A stretch of 64,000 nt of DNA, from assembly GCA_963826115.1 (NCBI GenBank), contig CAWGVS010000005.1, positions 1,408,001 to 1,472,000 of the forward strand, written 5' to 3'. Shown here in pieces: positions 17,655 to 27,183 of the stretch. Below the pieces are notes generated by a model. The model did not search any database and was not told the DNA's origin. It was given only the letters and a program-made list of their open reading frames with translations. The stretch is from an uncultured Candidatus Rokubacteria bacterium. Its GTDB lineage: Bacteria > Methylomirabilota > Methylomirabilia > Rokubacteriales > DASRDR01. The translations under genes and the position numbers were made by a program. Position 1 is the stretch's first letter, and each line of letters begins with the position of its first letter.

Positions 17655-19141
17655 CGGACACCTTCCAGCAACTCCTCCACGGGTTCGCCGTCGCGCTGAC
17701 GCCGGTCAACGTGCTCTGGGCGTTCGTCGGCTCCGTGCTCGGGACGGCGATCGGGGTCCTGCCCGGCATCGGGCCCGCCCTGACGATCGCGCTCCTCCTC
17801 CCCGTCACGACGAAGATGAACCCGACCGGCGCCTTCATCATGTTCGCCGGCATTCTCTACGGCGCGATGTACGGCGGGTCGACGACGTCGATCCTCCTCA
17901 ACACGCCCGGGGAGAGCGGCGCGATCATGACGGCCCTCGAGGGCAACCGCATGGCGCGGCGGGGCCGCGGCGCCGCCGCCCTCGCCACCGCGGCGATCGG
18001 CTCGTTCGTCGCCGGCACGCTTGCCACGATCGTGCTCACCTTCGCGGCGCCCTCGGTGGCGGAGCTCGCGTTCGTGTTCGGGCCCGCCGACTACTTCGCG
18101 CTCATGGTCGTCGCGTTCACGTCGGTGTCCTGCGTCATCGGCGCCTCGCGGGTCCGCGGCTTCGTGTCCCTGTTCCTCGGGCTGGCCCTCGGCGTCATGG
18201 GAATCGACCAGCAGACCGGCCAGGCGCGACTGACGTTCGGCTCGCCGGAGCTCCTCGACGGGATGGAGCTCGTCGTGGTGCTGGTGGGCCTCTTCGCGAT
18301 CGGCGAGACGATCTACGTGGCGAGCCGCTACGGCGGCGGCGAGCTCCTGCTGAATCCCCTGTCCGGCGGGGCGTGGATGACCCGCGAGGACTGGCAACGG
18401 TCGTGGAAGCCGTGGCTCCGCGGGACGCTCCTCGGCTTCCCGATCGGGGCGCTCCCCGCCGGCGGGTCGGAGATCCCGACGTTCCTCTCGTACATGATCG
18501 AGCGCCGCCTGTCGCCGAAGCGCGAGGAGTTCGGCCGCGAGGGCGCGATCGAGGGTGTGGCCGGGCCGGAGGCGGCGAACAACGCGGCGGCGGCCGGCGT
18601 GCTGGTGCCGCTCCTCACGCTGGGCCTGCCGACCTCGGCGACGGCCGCGATCCTCCTGGCGGCCTTCCAGAACTACGGGCTCCAGCCCGGCCCCTATCTC
18701 TTCCTGAACAACCCCGACCTCGTGTGGGGGCTCATCGCGTCGCTCTACGTCGGGAACGTCATGCTGCTCGTGCTGAACCTGCCGCTCGTCGGCATCTGGG
18801 TGCGCCTCCTCCTCATCCCGCGCCCCTGGCTCTACGGCGGCATCCTGGTGTTCGGCATCGTCGGGGTCTACGGGCTCGGCGCCTCGGAGCTCGACCTCGC
18901 CCTCATGGTGCTGATCGGCCTCGCGGGCTACGCGATGCGGGTCTACGACTTCCCGATCGCGCCCGCGCTCCTCGGCATGATCCTCGGCCCGATGGCGGAG
19001 ACACAGCTCCGCCGGGCGCTCGCGATCGGCCAGGGGTCTCCGTGGACGCTCGTGGAATCGCCGCTCTCGGCGACGCTCCTCGTCCTGGCGGGGGCGGTGC
19101 TGCTCCTCCCCACTCTCCTCCGGCGGCTCCGGCCCGCGTGA
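17651..19141 (+). CDS. tctA: Tripartite tricarboxylate transporter large membrane subunit
   Basis: [47 protein letters not shown]; GTGA overlap with tctB. Confidence 0.94.
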   Translation: MTDTFQQLLHGFAVALTPVNVLWAFVGSVLGTAIGVLPGIGPALTIALLLPVTTKMNPTGAFIMFAGILYGAMYGGSTTSILLNTPGESGAIMTALEGNRMARRGRGAAALATAAIGSFVAGTLATIVLTFAAPSVAELAFVFGPADYFALMVVAFTSVSCVIGASRVRGFVSLFLGLALGVMGIDQQTGQARLTFGSPELLDGMELVVVLVGLFAIGETIYVASRYGGGELLLNPLSGGAWMTREDWQRSWKPWLRGTLLGFPIGALPAGGSEIPTFLSYMIERRLSPKREEFGREGAIEGVAGPEAANNAAAAGVLVPLLTLGLPTSATAAILLAAFQNYGLQPGPYLFLNNPDLVWGLIASLYVGNVMLLVLNLPLVGIWVRLLLIPRPWLYGGILVFGIVGVYGLGASELDLALMVLIGLAGYAMRVYDFPIAPALLGMILGPMAETQLRRALAIGQGSPWTLVESPLSATLLVLAGAVLLLPTLLRRLRPA

Positions 19142-19158
19142 GGGACGGCGAGGCCAGC

Positions 19159-20751
19159 GTGTCGACCGTCGCCTACTTCTCGATGGAGTTCGGGCTCCAC
19201 GAGGAGTTCCCCTCGTACTCGGGGGGGTTGGGCGTCCTGGCCGGCGACTTCCTGAAGGGCGCCCACGACCTGGGGTTCCCCGTCGTCGGCGTGGGCCTCC
19301 GCTGGGCGGAGGGCTACACGACGCAGCGCCTGGACCCGGCGGGAGAGCCGGTCGACGAGTGGCACGAGCACCACCCGGACTTCCTGGATGACACCGGCGT
19401 ACGCGTCCGGGTCCGCGTCGCCGGGCGCAGCGTCGAGTGCCGCGTGTGGCGCGTGGGCCGCTACGCGATCGTGCCCCTCTACCTGCTCGAGCCCGTCGAC
19501 GCGCGGGACGAGTGGATCACGCGGCGCCTCTACGACCCCCGCCCCGACTGCCGCATCGCGCAGGAGATGCTCCTCGGCATCGGCGGGGCGCGCGCGCTGC
19601 GACTCCTCCACCCCGAGGTCGCCACCTTTCACTTCAACGAGGGCCACGCGGTCTTCGCCGGCGTCGAGCTGATCGCGGCCGGGATGGAGGCCGGCGAGAG
19701 CTTCGAGTCCGCCTGGCGCTCGGCCCGGGCCCGCGTGGTCTTCACGACGCACACGCCGGTGCCCGCCGGGAACGAGATCCACTCGCTCGCCGACATCCTC
19801 CGCCTCGGCGCGGGCTGCGAGCTGGTCGCCGCCGAGCTCCGCCAGCTGGGCGGGGACCCGTTCAACATGACGGCCGCGGGCCTCCGGCTCGCCCGGCGCG
19901 CGAACGCGGTGTCCGAGCGCCACGGCCAGACTGCGCGGGCGATGTGGGCCGACGTGCCCGACGCGGCGCCCATCATCGCCGTCACCAACGGCGTGCACGT
20001 CCCGACGTGGCAGGACCCCCGCGTGCCGGCGGCGCTCGGGAGCGACGAGGCGCTCGAGGCGCTCCACCGGGAGCGGAAGGCCGAGCTCCTGGCCGCGATC
20101 GAGCGGCGCACGGGCGTCCGGCTCGCCCCCGACGTCGTGCTCGTCGCGGTGGCGCGGCGGGCCGCCACCTACAAGCGGCCCGACCTCGTGCTCCGCGACA
20201 TCGAGCGGGTCGGACGACTCCTCAAGGGGCGACAGCTTCAGCTGGTCTTTGCCGGCAAGGCGCACCCGGCGGACCGGGCGGGCAAGGCCATGGTGACCCG
20301 CCTGGTCCGGACCATCCGGCAGTGGCCGGACGCCGCCGTCTTCCTCGAGAACTACGACATGGGCCTCGCCCGCCTCCTGACGCGCGGCGCCGACGTGTGG
20401 CTCAACACGCCGCGACCGCCGCTCGAGGCCAGCGGCACCTCGGGGATGAAGGCCGCGCTGAACGGCGTGCTCCACTGCTCGACGCTCGACGGCTGGTGGC
20501 CCGAGGGCTGCGAGCACGGTGTGACGGGATGGGCCATCGGAGACGGCGCGGAAGGCGAAGCGCCCGAGGAGCTCGACCTCCACGACCACGCCGCGCTCCT
20601 CCGCATCGTCGAGGACGAGGTCCTGCCCGCCTACGCGGACCGTCCGCGCTGGCTCGCGATGATGCGGGCCTCGGTCCGGATGGCCGCGACGCGGTTCTCC
20701 GCCGAGCGCATGGTCCGCGACTACTTCGACCGCCTCTACGCGGACGCCTGA
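19159..20751 (+). CDS. glgP: Alpha-glucan phosphorylase (short form, about 530 aa)
   Basis: AYFSMEFGL, YSGGLGVLAGD, HFNEGH, FTTHTPVPAG, TNGVH, RRAATYKR, AGKAHP, PLP motif EASGTSGMK; alternative start 19138. Confidence 0.92.
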   Translation: MSTVAYFSMEFGLHEEFPSYSGGLGVLAGDFLKGAHDLGFPVVGVGLRWAEGYTTQRLDPAGEPVDEWHEHHPDFLDDTGVRVRVRVAGRSVECRVWRVGRYAIVPLYLLEPVDARDEWITRRLYDPRPDCRIAQEMLLGIGGARALRLLHPEVATFHFNEGHAVFAGVELIAAGMEAGESFESAWRSARARVVFTTHTPVPAGNEIHSLADILRLGAGCELVAAELRQLGGDPFNMTAAGLRLARRANAVSERHGQTARAMWADVPDAAPIIAVTNGVHVPTWQDPRVPAALGSDEALEALHRERKAELLAAIERRTGVRLAPDVVLVAVARRAATYKRPDLVLRDIERVGRLLKGRQLQLVFAGKAHPADRAGKAMVTRLVRTIRQWPDAAVFLENYDMGLARLLTRGADVWLNTPRPPLEASGTSGMKAALNGVLHCSTLDGWWPEGCEHGVTGWAIGDGAEGEAPEELDLHDHAALLRIVEDEVLPAYADRPRWLAMMRASVRMAATRFSAERMVRDYFDRLYADA

Positions 20752-20781
20752 AGGCGTCATCCGCGGCCGCGTGACTCCGCC

Positions 20782-21573
20782 GTGACCGCGCGGGACCTCG
20801 ACCGGGCGCTCCGCCAGGCCTTCCGCTTCGAGGCCGCTGACCTCGCCCTGAACCGCGAGGGCCGCCTGTCTCCGCGCCAGGCGGCGCTCCTCCAGGCGGG
20901 CCGGACGGGCATGTGGCTGTCCCTCGGGGTCTTCGTGGCCGTCATGCTGGGCGCCGTCGGATTCGTGGCCTTCCAGGACGCGCGGCTCGGGACGCCGGGC
21001 GGCGGCGCGCGCGGCACGCTGGCCGTGGTGGCCGGCGTCGCGGTGGCGGTGATCGCGATCGGATATCTGGCGAGCCGGAAGCACCTGTCGGCGGCAGGCT
21101 CTCGCCGGCTCCAAGTCGCCGAGGGGACGGTCGAGACCGTATCGGAGCGCGAGGGAGACTGCCGGGTCCGCATCGGCGGCACCGCACTCCGTCTGTCGGG
21201 TCCGGACACGCTCGAGGCCTTCAGCCAGGGCGAGGCGTATCGCGTCTACTACCTGGCCGGCCCCGTGGCGCTGGTGCTGTCCGGCGAGGCGCTGTCCGGC
21301 CCCGCGTCGAACGAGGACCGCGCGACCGCGGCGCGCGCCGACGCGGCGGAACGGGAGACGGCAGCCGCCCAGATGTCCGTGGTCCGCCAAGGCTACGTGA
21401 TCGTGGTGCTGATCGGCGTCCTCGCTCTCGCGATCCCGTTCGCCGGATCCTACGTCGGGAATCTGCCGGCGCGCGGCCGCCCGATGGCGTGGCTGGCCCT
21501 CCTCGCGATCGCGGTCGGGTTCGCCTGGTTCGCGATCGCCTGGCTCACCCGCGGGCGTCGCCGCGGGTCCTGA
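20782..21573 (+). CDS. Hypothetical membrane protein
   Basis: Four hydrophobic segments around a soluble beta-rich region; N-terminal 'DLALNREGRLSPRQ'. Confidence 0.65.
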   Translation: MTARDLDRALRQAFRFEAADLALNREGRLSPRQAALLQAGRTGMWLSLGVFVAVMLGAVGFVAFQDARLGTPGGGARGTLAVVAGVAVAVIAIGYLASRKHLSAAGSRRLQVAEGTVETVSEREGDCRVRIGGTALRLSGPDTLEAFSQGEAYRVYYLAGPVALVLSGEALSGPASNEDRATAARADAAERETAAAQMSVVRQGYVIVVLIGVLALAIPFAGSYVGNLPARGRPMAWLALLAIAVGFAWFAIAWLTRGRRRGS

Positions 21574-21576
21574 CCC

Positions 21577-22596
21577 CTAGCCCCGGCGGCCCGTGAACGC
21601 GAACGTGATGTCGGGCACGTGGGGCCGGACCGTCACGTCGCCGAAGCCGGCGTCGGTCATCGCCCGCTCGATCTCGCCCACGGTGTGGGGGTGCGAGGTC
21701 GCCGAGATGGCCAGGTTGGCGAAGTACCAGAGGGCCGCGTTGCGCGGTCCCGGGCGGTCGCCGTGGAGCGCGAAATCGTGGATGATCAGCCCCCCGCCCG
21801 CCGGGAGGTACGCGTGGGCGCGCGCCAGGAGGTCCCGCAGCGTCGCGGGCCCGTACGAGCTCACGACGTAGGACAGGAGGATGAGGTCCGCGCCGCCGGG
21901 CCAGGCGCCGCGGACGACGTCGCCCGCCACGCCGCGGATCCGGCCGCCGAGACCCGCCTCCGCCACGATCTTCCGCGAGACCTCGATCACCGAGGGATGG
22001 TCGACGACGATCGCGGACAGTCCGGCGTGGCGCCGCGCCATCTCGATGGCGAAGGCGCCCGAGCCGCCCCCGAGGTCGAGCAAGCACGTGAAGCGCGACA
22101 CGTCGTGGGTTTTGGCGAGGAGGTAGGCTGGCCCGGCCGAGCCCGCGTGCTGGCCCCGGATGAACGCCTCGGCCCGTGCCGGATCGTCGAGGAACCCCGC
22201 GTAGGTCTGGTCGACCGGCTCGCCCCGGACGACGGCCCGGGCGGCGGGGAGCTGCGCGTAGAGCGTGCCGGCGATCTGGCGCAGGTAGTACTCGCCGACG
22301 TAGCCCCGGGCGTCACGCACGAGGTACCGACCGGCCGCCGGGCTGTTCCGGTAGAGGTCTCCGTCCCGCGCGACGAGGTCCATCCCCGCGCACGCCTCGA
22401 GGAGCGCGCGGAGAAGACGCGGCTCCGAGTTGAGCCGGCTCGCCAGCGTCTCGAGCGTCGAGGGCCCCGCCGCCAGCTCCGTGAAGAGCCCGATCTCCAG
22501 GGCGGCGAACAGGGCCTGAGAGCCCATGAAGCCGTAGGCGACCGACGACACGGCGGTGACGCCGTCGTCCCGGCGGGCGGCGGACGGCTCGCTCAT
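21577..22596 (-). CDS. SAM-dependent O-methyltransferase (dimerisation domain + Methyltransf_2)
   Basis: SQALFAALEIGLF, YRNS, LLDLGGGSG, AGD, LPAGGGLIIHD. Confidence 0.9.
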   Translation of the reverse strand: MSEPSAARRDDGVTAVSSVAYGFMGSQALFAALEIGLFTELAAGPSTLETLASRLNSEPRLLRALLEACAGMDLVARDGDLYRNSPAAGRYLVRDARGYVGEYYLRQIAGTLYAQLPAARAVVRGEPVDQTYAGFLDDPARAEAFIRGQHAGSAGPAYLLAKTHDVSRFTCLLDLGGGSGAFAIEMARRHAGLSAIVVDHPSVIEVSRKIVAEAGLGGRIRGVAGDVVRGAWPGGADLILLSYVVSSYGPATLRDLLARAHAYLPAGGGLIIHDFALHGDRPGPRNAALWYFANLAISATSHPHTVGEIERAMTDAGFGDVTVRPHVPDITFAFTGRRG

Positions 22597-23585
22597 GGCC
22601 GGCGCGCCATGTCGCGCCAGCAGGTCTCGAGGCGGGCACGGGCCTCGGGCGAGAACGGCCCCTTCGCCACCGCAGCCGCGGCGCCCTCGAGATGCTCGAG
22701 GCTCGAGTAGCCGAGGAGCACGGTCGACACGGCGGTCGACCCGAGCGGGAACCTGAGCGCCGCCTCCACCAGGCTCCCGACGTGCCCCTCGTCCACCAGG
22801 ACCCGGAATGCCCGTGCGCGGCCGACGTCGGTCGCATAGTCGGGGCCCGAGGCGATCGGATCGACCTCCGGAACGGCGATCGGGTGCCGCGCGAGCTCGC
22901 CCGAGAGCGCGCCGGCGGCGAGCACGCGGATCACGACCACCCCCATCCGCTGCGCGCGCGTGTGATCGAGGAGGCGGCCGAAGTCCTGACCGGGGAAGCC
23001 CCTCGGCACGGTGAATCCGGGGCTCGGGTTCAGCATGTTGAAGGGCACCTGGGCCGACTCCACCGCGCCGGAATCGAGCACCCGGTGGATCGCCGGCGTG
23101 TCGCCGATGGCGGTCATCCCGACGAAGCCGATCTTTCCCGCCCGGCGGAGGTTCTCGAACGCCGGCAGGATCCGCTCCAGGACCTCGTCCGCTCCCGGCT
23201 GGCCGTCAGCGCGCGCCAGGCGCACCGGATCGTGGAGCTGGAGGAGGTCGACCCGGTCACGCCGGAGCCGCCGGAGGCTCGTCTCGAGGGAGCGGGTCAC
23301 CGCCTCGGCCGGATCGCCGAGCCCGCCCGGGCCTACGCGCACCTTCGTCGCGACGAGGCACTGCGCCCGGACGGCCTCGAGGGCCTCACCCAGGTGCTCC
23401 TCGGACACGCCGTCCCCGTAGAGGGGCGCGGTGTCGAAGAAGTTCACGCCGAGGTCGAGGGCCCGGGCCACCGCCCGCTCGCGCTCGGCCCGGGTGCCTC
23501 GGATCATCAGTCCTCCGACGTTGCCACATCCGAAACCCAACACCGACACGCGGAGCTTGGTCCGGCCCAGCACGCGATACTCCAT
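22593..23585 (-). CDS. Aldo/keto reductase
   Basis: LGRTKLRVSVLGFGCG, FFDTAPLYGDGVSE, ATK, SLRRLRRDRVDLLQLH, GKIGFVG. Confidence 0.92.
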   Translation of the reverse strand: MEYRVLGRTKLRVSVLGFGCGNVGGLMIRGTRAERERAVARALDLGVNFFDTAPLYGDGVSEEHLGEALEAVRAQCLVATKVRVGPGGLGDPAEAVTRSLETSLRRLRRDRVDLLQLHDPVRLARADGQPGADEVLERILPAFENLRRAGKIGFVGMTAIGDTPAIHRVLDSGAVESAQVPFNMLNPSPGFTVPRGFPGQDFGRLLDHTRAQRMGVVVIRVLAAGALSGELARHPIAVPEVDPIASGPDYATDVGRARAFRVLVDEGHVGSLVEAALRFPLGSTAVSTVLLGYSSLEHLEGAAAAVAKGPFSPEARARLETCWRDMARRP

Positions 23586-23636
23586 CGACGTCTCTCCTGT
23601 ATGTCTCGGGTGGAAGCGCGGCCGACGGCGGCGGCG

Positions 23637-24665
23637 TCAGCTCGATGCGATCAGCTTCTCCAGCCGCTCGAGCTGGTCGCCCGTCCCCAGCGCGAGCAAG
23701 CGGTCGCCGGCCGCGAGCGTGAGGTCCGGGGGCGGGTTCGGGATCGGCGCGCCCTCCCGGAGCACCGCGAGCACCGAGGCACCCGTCGCCTGCCGCACCG
23801 AAAGCGCCTCGAGCGTGCGGCCGATCGCCGTGCTCGTGGGCGGCAGCGCGATGTCTTCGATGGCCAGCGCCTCCTGGCCTCGCTTGAGCGCCGTCTCGAA
23901 GAAGTCGACGACGGCCGGGCTCAGGATCAGGTGCGCCAGGCGGTGGCCGCCGATCGCGTAGGGGCTGATGGCCCGATCGGCCCCGGCCCGGAGGAGCTTG
24001 GGGACGCTGGCCTCGTCCGCGGCGCGCGCGACGATCCGGAGCGACGGGTTGAGGACGCGCGCCGACAGCACGATGTACATGTTGGTGGCATCGTTGGCCG
24101 TGGTCGCGATGAGGCCCCGGGCCCGGCGCACGCCGGCTCGCTCCAGGACGGCGTCCTCGGTGGCGTCGCCCGCCAGGTGGACGTAGCCCCGCTCCTCGGC
24201 GAAGCGCGCCGCCGCCGTGCCCGGATCGAGCGCCACGAACGACGTGCCGGCCTCGGCCAGCTCCGTCGCCGCCTGCCGCCCGACCCGCCCCAGTCCCGCC
24301 ACGATGACGTGCCCCGAGAGCTCCGCGATGCGCCGCTCCATCCTGCGCCTCCCCCGGATCCCGGTCACGCCGCTCGCGACCAGGTGGTCGAGCACCACGC
24401 TGAACGTGTAGAAGAAGGCCCCGATCCCCGCCAGCGCGATCGCGATGGTGAACACGCGACCGAGCCCGTCGAGCGGCTTCACCTCGCCGTATCCGATGGT
24501 GGTGATGGTGGTGAAGGTCATGAACACCGCGTCGAGCCACGTGCCGCCGATGGCCGACCACAGCCAGTGGTAGCCGAGACTGCCGACGGCCATGACGCTG
24601 ACGAGGAGCGACAGCGGTAGCACGAGGCGCGTCCGGAGCGACGCGGGGCTCTGGCCATCTCCCAT
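23637..24665 (-). CDS. Potassium channel protein (2-TM pore with TrkA/RCK domains)
   Basis: Selectivity filter TITTIGYG, GHVIVAGLGRVG Rossmann motif, GDATE, TrkA_C 'TGASVLAVLR'. Confidence 0.92.
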   Translation of the reverse strand: MGDGQSPASLRTRLVLPLSLLVSVMAVGSLGYHWLWSAIGGTWLDAVFMTFTTITTIGYGEVKPLDGLGRVFTIAIALAGIGAFFYTFSVVLDHLVASGVTGIRGRRRMERRIAELSGHVIVAGLGRVGRQAATELAEAGTSFVALDPGTAAARFAEERGYVHLAGDATEDAVLERAGVRRARGLIATTANDATNMYIVLSARVLNPSLRIVARAADEASVPKLLRAGADRAISPYAIGGHRLAHLILSPAVVDFFETALKRGQEALAIEDIALPPTSTAIGRTLEALSVRQATGASVLAVLREGAPIPNPPPDLTLAAGDRLLALGTGDQLERLEKLIASS

Positions 24666-24690
24666 AGGGTCTCTCGGCGCCTCCGGCGCG

Positions 24691-24698
24691 ATTATACT
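24691..24698. promoter_or_regulatory. Overlapping back-to-back -10 elements (bidirectional promoter)
   Basis: ATTATACT gives TATAAT on minus (24691-24696) and TATACT on plus (24693-24698), between divergent genes. Confidence 0.5.
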
Positions 24699-24774
24699 GG
24701 CCGAGGCGCCGGGCCGGCGGGCGGCCGTCGGCGGCGCGCCTCGGCTCGCACCCAGGGTTCCGGGAGGTCTCGTC

Positions 24775-25767
24775 ATGATCGACGGCTGCTCGGGGGGCGA
24801 CGACGCCCTCTTCGACATCCAGAAGGTGGCGGACGGCGTCCACATCGCGGTGGCCGCGCGCGTCTACAAGGTCAACTGCAACACCGCGCTGATCGAGACG
24901 GACGACGGCGTGCTCGTCGTCGACTCCCACTCCAAGCCCTCCGCCGCCCGCGTCGTGATCGAGCGGCTCCGCGACATCACGCCGAAGCCCGTCCGGTACG
25001 TCGTCAACACGCACTTCCACTGGGACCACTGGCACGGCAACGAGGCGTACCCGTCGGCCTACGGCCACGTCGAGGTGATCACGAACGAGGTCACCCGCGA
25101 GGCCATGGTCCGGAAGGGTCTGAAACGCATCCAGGACCACGTGCGCCAGATGCCGGGCGAGATCGAGACCCTGAAGGCGCAGCTCGCCGCCGCGACGAGC
25201 CCCGACCAGCGGGCCGAGCTCGGCTCGAACCTCCGTCAGGCCGAGCAGTATCTCGCCGAGGTCCGGGCCCTCCGGCCGGCCCTGCCGACCGTGGTGTTCG
25301 AGCGGGCGATGCGCATCGTCCGGAAGGACCGCGAGATCCACCTGCTCTTCCTCGGCCGCGCCCACACCGAGGGCGACGTCTTCGTCTACCTGCCGAAGGA
25401 GAAGGTGGTCGTGACCGGCGACGCCGTGATCGGCTGGACGCCCTTCATGGGCGACGGCTATCCCCAGGACTGGGGGGAGACGCTCCGCCGGCTGGAGCAG
25501 CTCGATTTCGACCGGATGATCCTCGGCCACGGCCAGGTGGCCGGCCGCGACTGGCTCCGCACGTTCCGGAGCTACGTGGAGGACATGGTCGAGGCGGTGC
25601 GGCGCGAGGTGTGGAACGGCGCCACGCTCGACGAGACGAAGGAGCGCGTGCGCGACGCGCTGGCGCCGAAGTACGAGGTCGCGCTCGCGCGCGACGGCGG
25701 AAACTACCGCCCGTGGCGCACGCTCGTCCTCCTCAACATCGAGCGGGCCTACCAGATGGTCAGCTGA
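24775..25767 (+). CDS. MBL-fold metallo-hydrolase
   Basis: NTHFHWDHWHGN, AHTEGD, TGD, GHG; GGAGG upstream. Confidence 0.9.
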   Translation: MIDGCSGGDDALFDIQKVADGVHIAVAARVYKVNCNTALIETDDGVLVVDSHSKPSAARVVIERLRDITPKPVRYVVNTHFHWDHWHGNEAYPSAYGHVEVITNEVTREAMVRKGLKRIQDHVRQMPGEIETLKAQLAAATSPDQRAELGSNLRQAEQYLAEVRALRPALPTVVFERAMRIVRKDREIHLLFLGRAHTEGDVFVYLPKEKVVVTGDAVIGWTPFMGDGYPQDWGETLRRLEQLDFDRMILGHGQVAGRDWLRTFRSYVEDMVEAVRREVWNGATLDETKERVRDALAPKYEVALARDGGNYRPWRTLVLLNIERAYQMVS

Positions 25768-25768
25768 G

Positions 25769-27169
25769 GTGGCGACGGGCGACCCGCCTCGATCGCCCGA
25801 GGCGGACGCAACGGCCGAATCGGGCCGGGCCGGGACGAGTCGTCGAGGAGGCGGCGCGCCCCCCGGTTCCCGCCGCCGGCCGCTCCTCTTCTGGGTCGTC
25901 GCCCTCGCCGTCTGGGGCCTCGCGGCCGGGTCGGCCGGGACCCTGCCCTACAGGTTCGCGCGGGTCGGCGGCCCGTTGCCGGCGGACTTCGCCCGGGATT
26001 TCATCGTGGCCTCGGTGCGACCGGTCAGCGGCGCCGTCTACGATCCCGCCCCCGAGCTCGCGCGGTGGCACCTTGCGTTGCTCGGCTTGACCGAGGGCCC
26101 GACCGGCGGGCCCTTCTACGCCCACCCGCCCGCCGCCGCGCTCCTGGTGGCGCCGCTCGTCCCGCTCGGCTTTCGCGCCGCCGCGCTCACCTGGCTGGCC
26201 CTGTCCATCGGACTCGTCGCGGTGCTGGCCACGGTCCTCGCGGACGTGCTGACCGACGCCCGCGGCGTCCGGCGCGGCATCGCGGCCGCCCTCGCCTTCG
26301 TCTTCGTGGCGCTCTGGCCCCCGGTTCTCTACAACATCGAAAAGGGTCAGTGGTCGCTCATGCTGGCGGCGCTGATGGCGTTGGGCTGGCGCGGTCTCGC
26401 CGCGGGGCGGCCCGGCTGGGCCGGGGCCTCGATGGGCCTCGCCTGCCTGTTCAAGCTCGCGCCGGCAACCGTGCTCCCCTACCTCGCGTTCCGGCGCCCG
26501 CGCGCGGCCGTCGCCTTCGTCGCCACGATCGCCGCGCTGGCCGTGGGCTCGGTGGCCGCCGTCGGTCTCGAGCCCTGGCGCGCCTTCTACCGCCAGGCGC
26601 CCGCGAACGTCGCCTTCTGGCAGGACCGCCTCGAGAACGCCGTATCCGTCATGAGCCTGATCACGAAGCTGCTCGTCGAGGGCCGCCACACGCGGCCTCT
26701 TCTCGACGCGCCGATGACGGCGGGGCTGCTCACGGGGCTCGTCACCGCCGCCCTGGTCGGCGCCTCGGTCCTTCTGACCTGGCGCGCGCGCGCGGAGACC
26801 GGGAGCGCCGTGGACGGCGCCCTGTTCGCGCTGTGGTGCGCGCTGGGCGCGCTGCTGAACCCGCTCGCGTGGCTCCACTCCTCGATCCTGCTCTTGTTGC
26901 CGGCGGCTCTCGTCCTTCGCGCGCTGGCAGACCCGGCACTGCCCGTGCGCGGATCGGCGCGGCTCGCGTGCGAGGCCACCGTCGTGGTCGGCGTCGCGCT
27001 GCTGTCGCTGCCGAAGGAGACGCTCTACTATCTTGCCTGGCCGGTGCCGGTCGCTCCCGGGCGAGTCCTCGCGGTCATCGGTCTCCCCTGCTACGGCGCG
27101 CTCGCCATATTCGGCGCGGCCGCATTCGTGGCGGGGCGAGGAGCACCCGGCGCGCCGCGGTCCCGCTAG
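25769..27169 (+). CDS. Glycosyltransferase family 87 (DUF2029-like) integral membrane protein
   Basis: DF motif, AHPP, KGQ, 'GLACLFKLAP', ENAVS, PLAWLH; about 10 TM segments. Confidence 0.75.
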   Translation: MATGDPPRSPEADATAESGRAGTSRRGGGAPPGSRRRPLLFWVVALAVWGLAAGSAGTLPYRFARVGGPLPADFARDFIVASVRPVSGAVYDPAPELARWHLALLGLTEGPTGGPFYAHPPAAALLVAPLVPLGFRAAALTWLALSIGLVAVLATVLADVLTDARGVRRGIAAALAFVFVALWPPVLYNIEKGQWSLMLAALMALGWRGLAAGRPGWAGASMGLACLFKLAPATVLPYLAFRRPRAAVAFVATIAALAVGSVAAVGLEPWRAFYRQAPANVAFWQDRLENAVSVMSLITKLLVEGRHTRPLLDAPMTAGLLTGLVTAALVGASVLLTWRARAETGSAVDGALFALWCALGALLNPLAWLHSSILLLLPAALVLRALADPALPVRGSARLACEATVVVGVALLSLPKETLYYLAWPVPVAPGRVLAVIGLPCYGALAIFGAAAFVAGRGAPGAPRSR

Positions 27170-27183
27170 ACGAGCGGGCCGAT

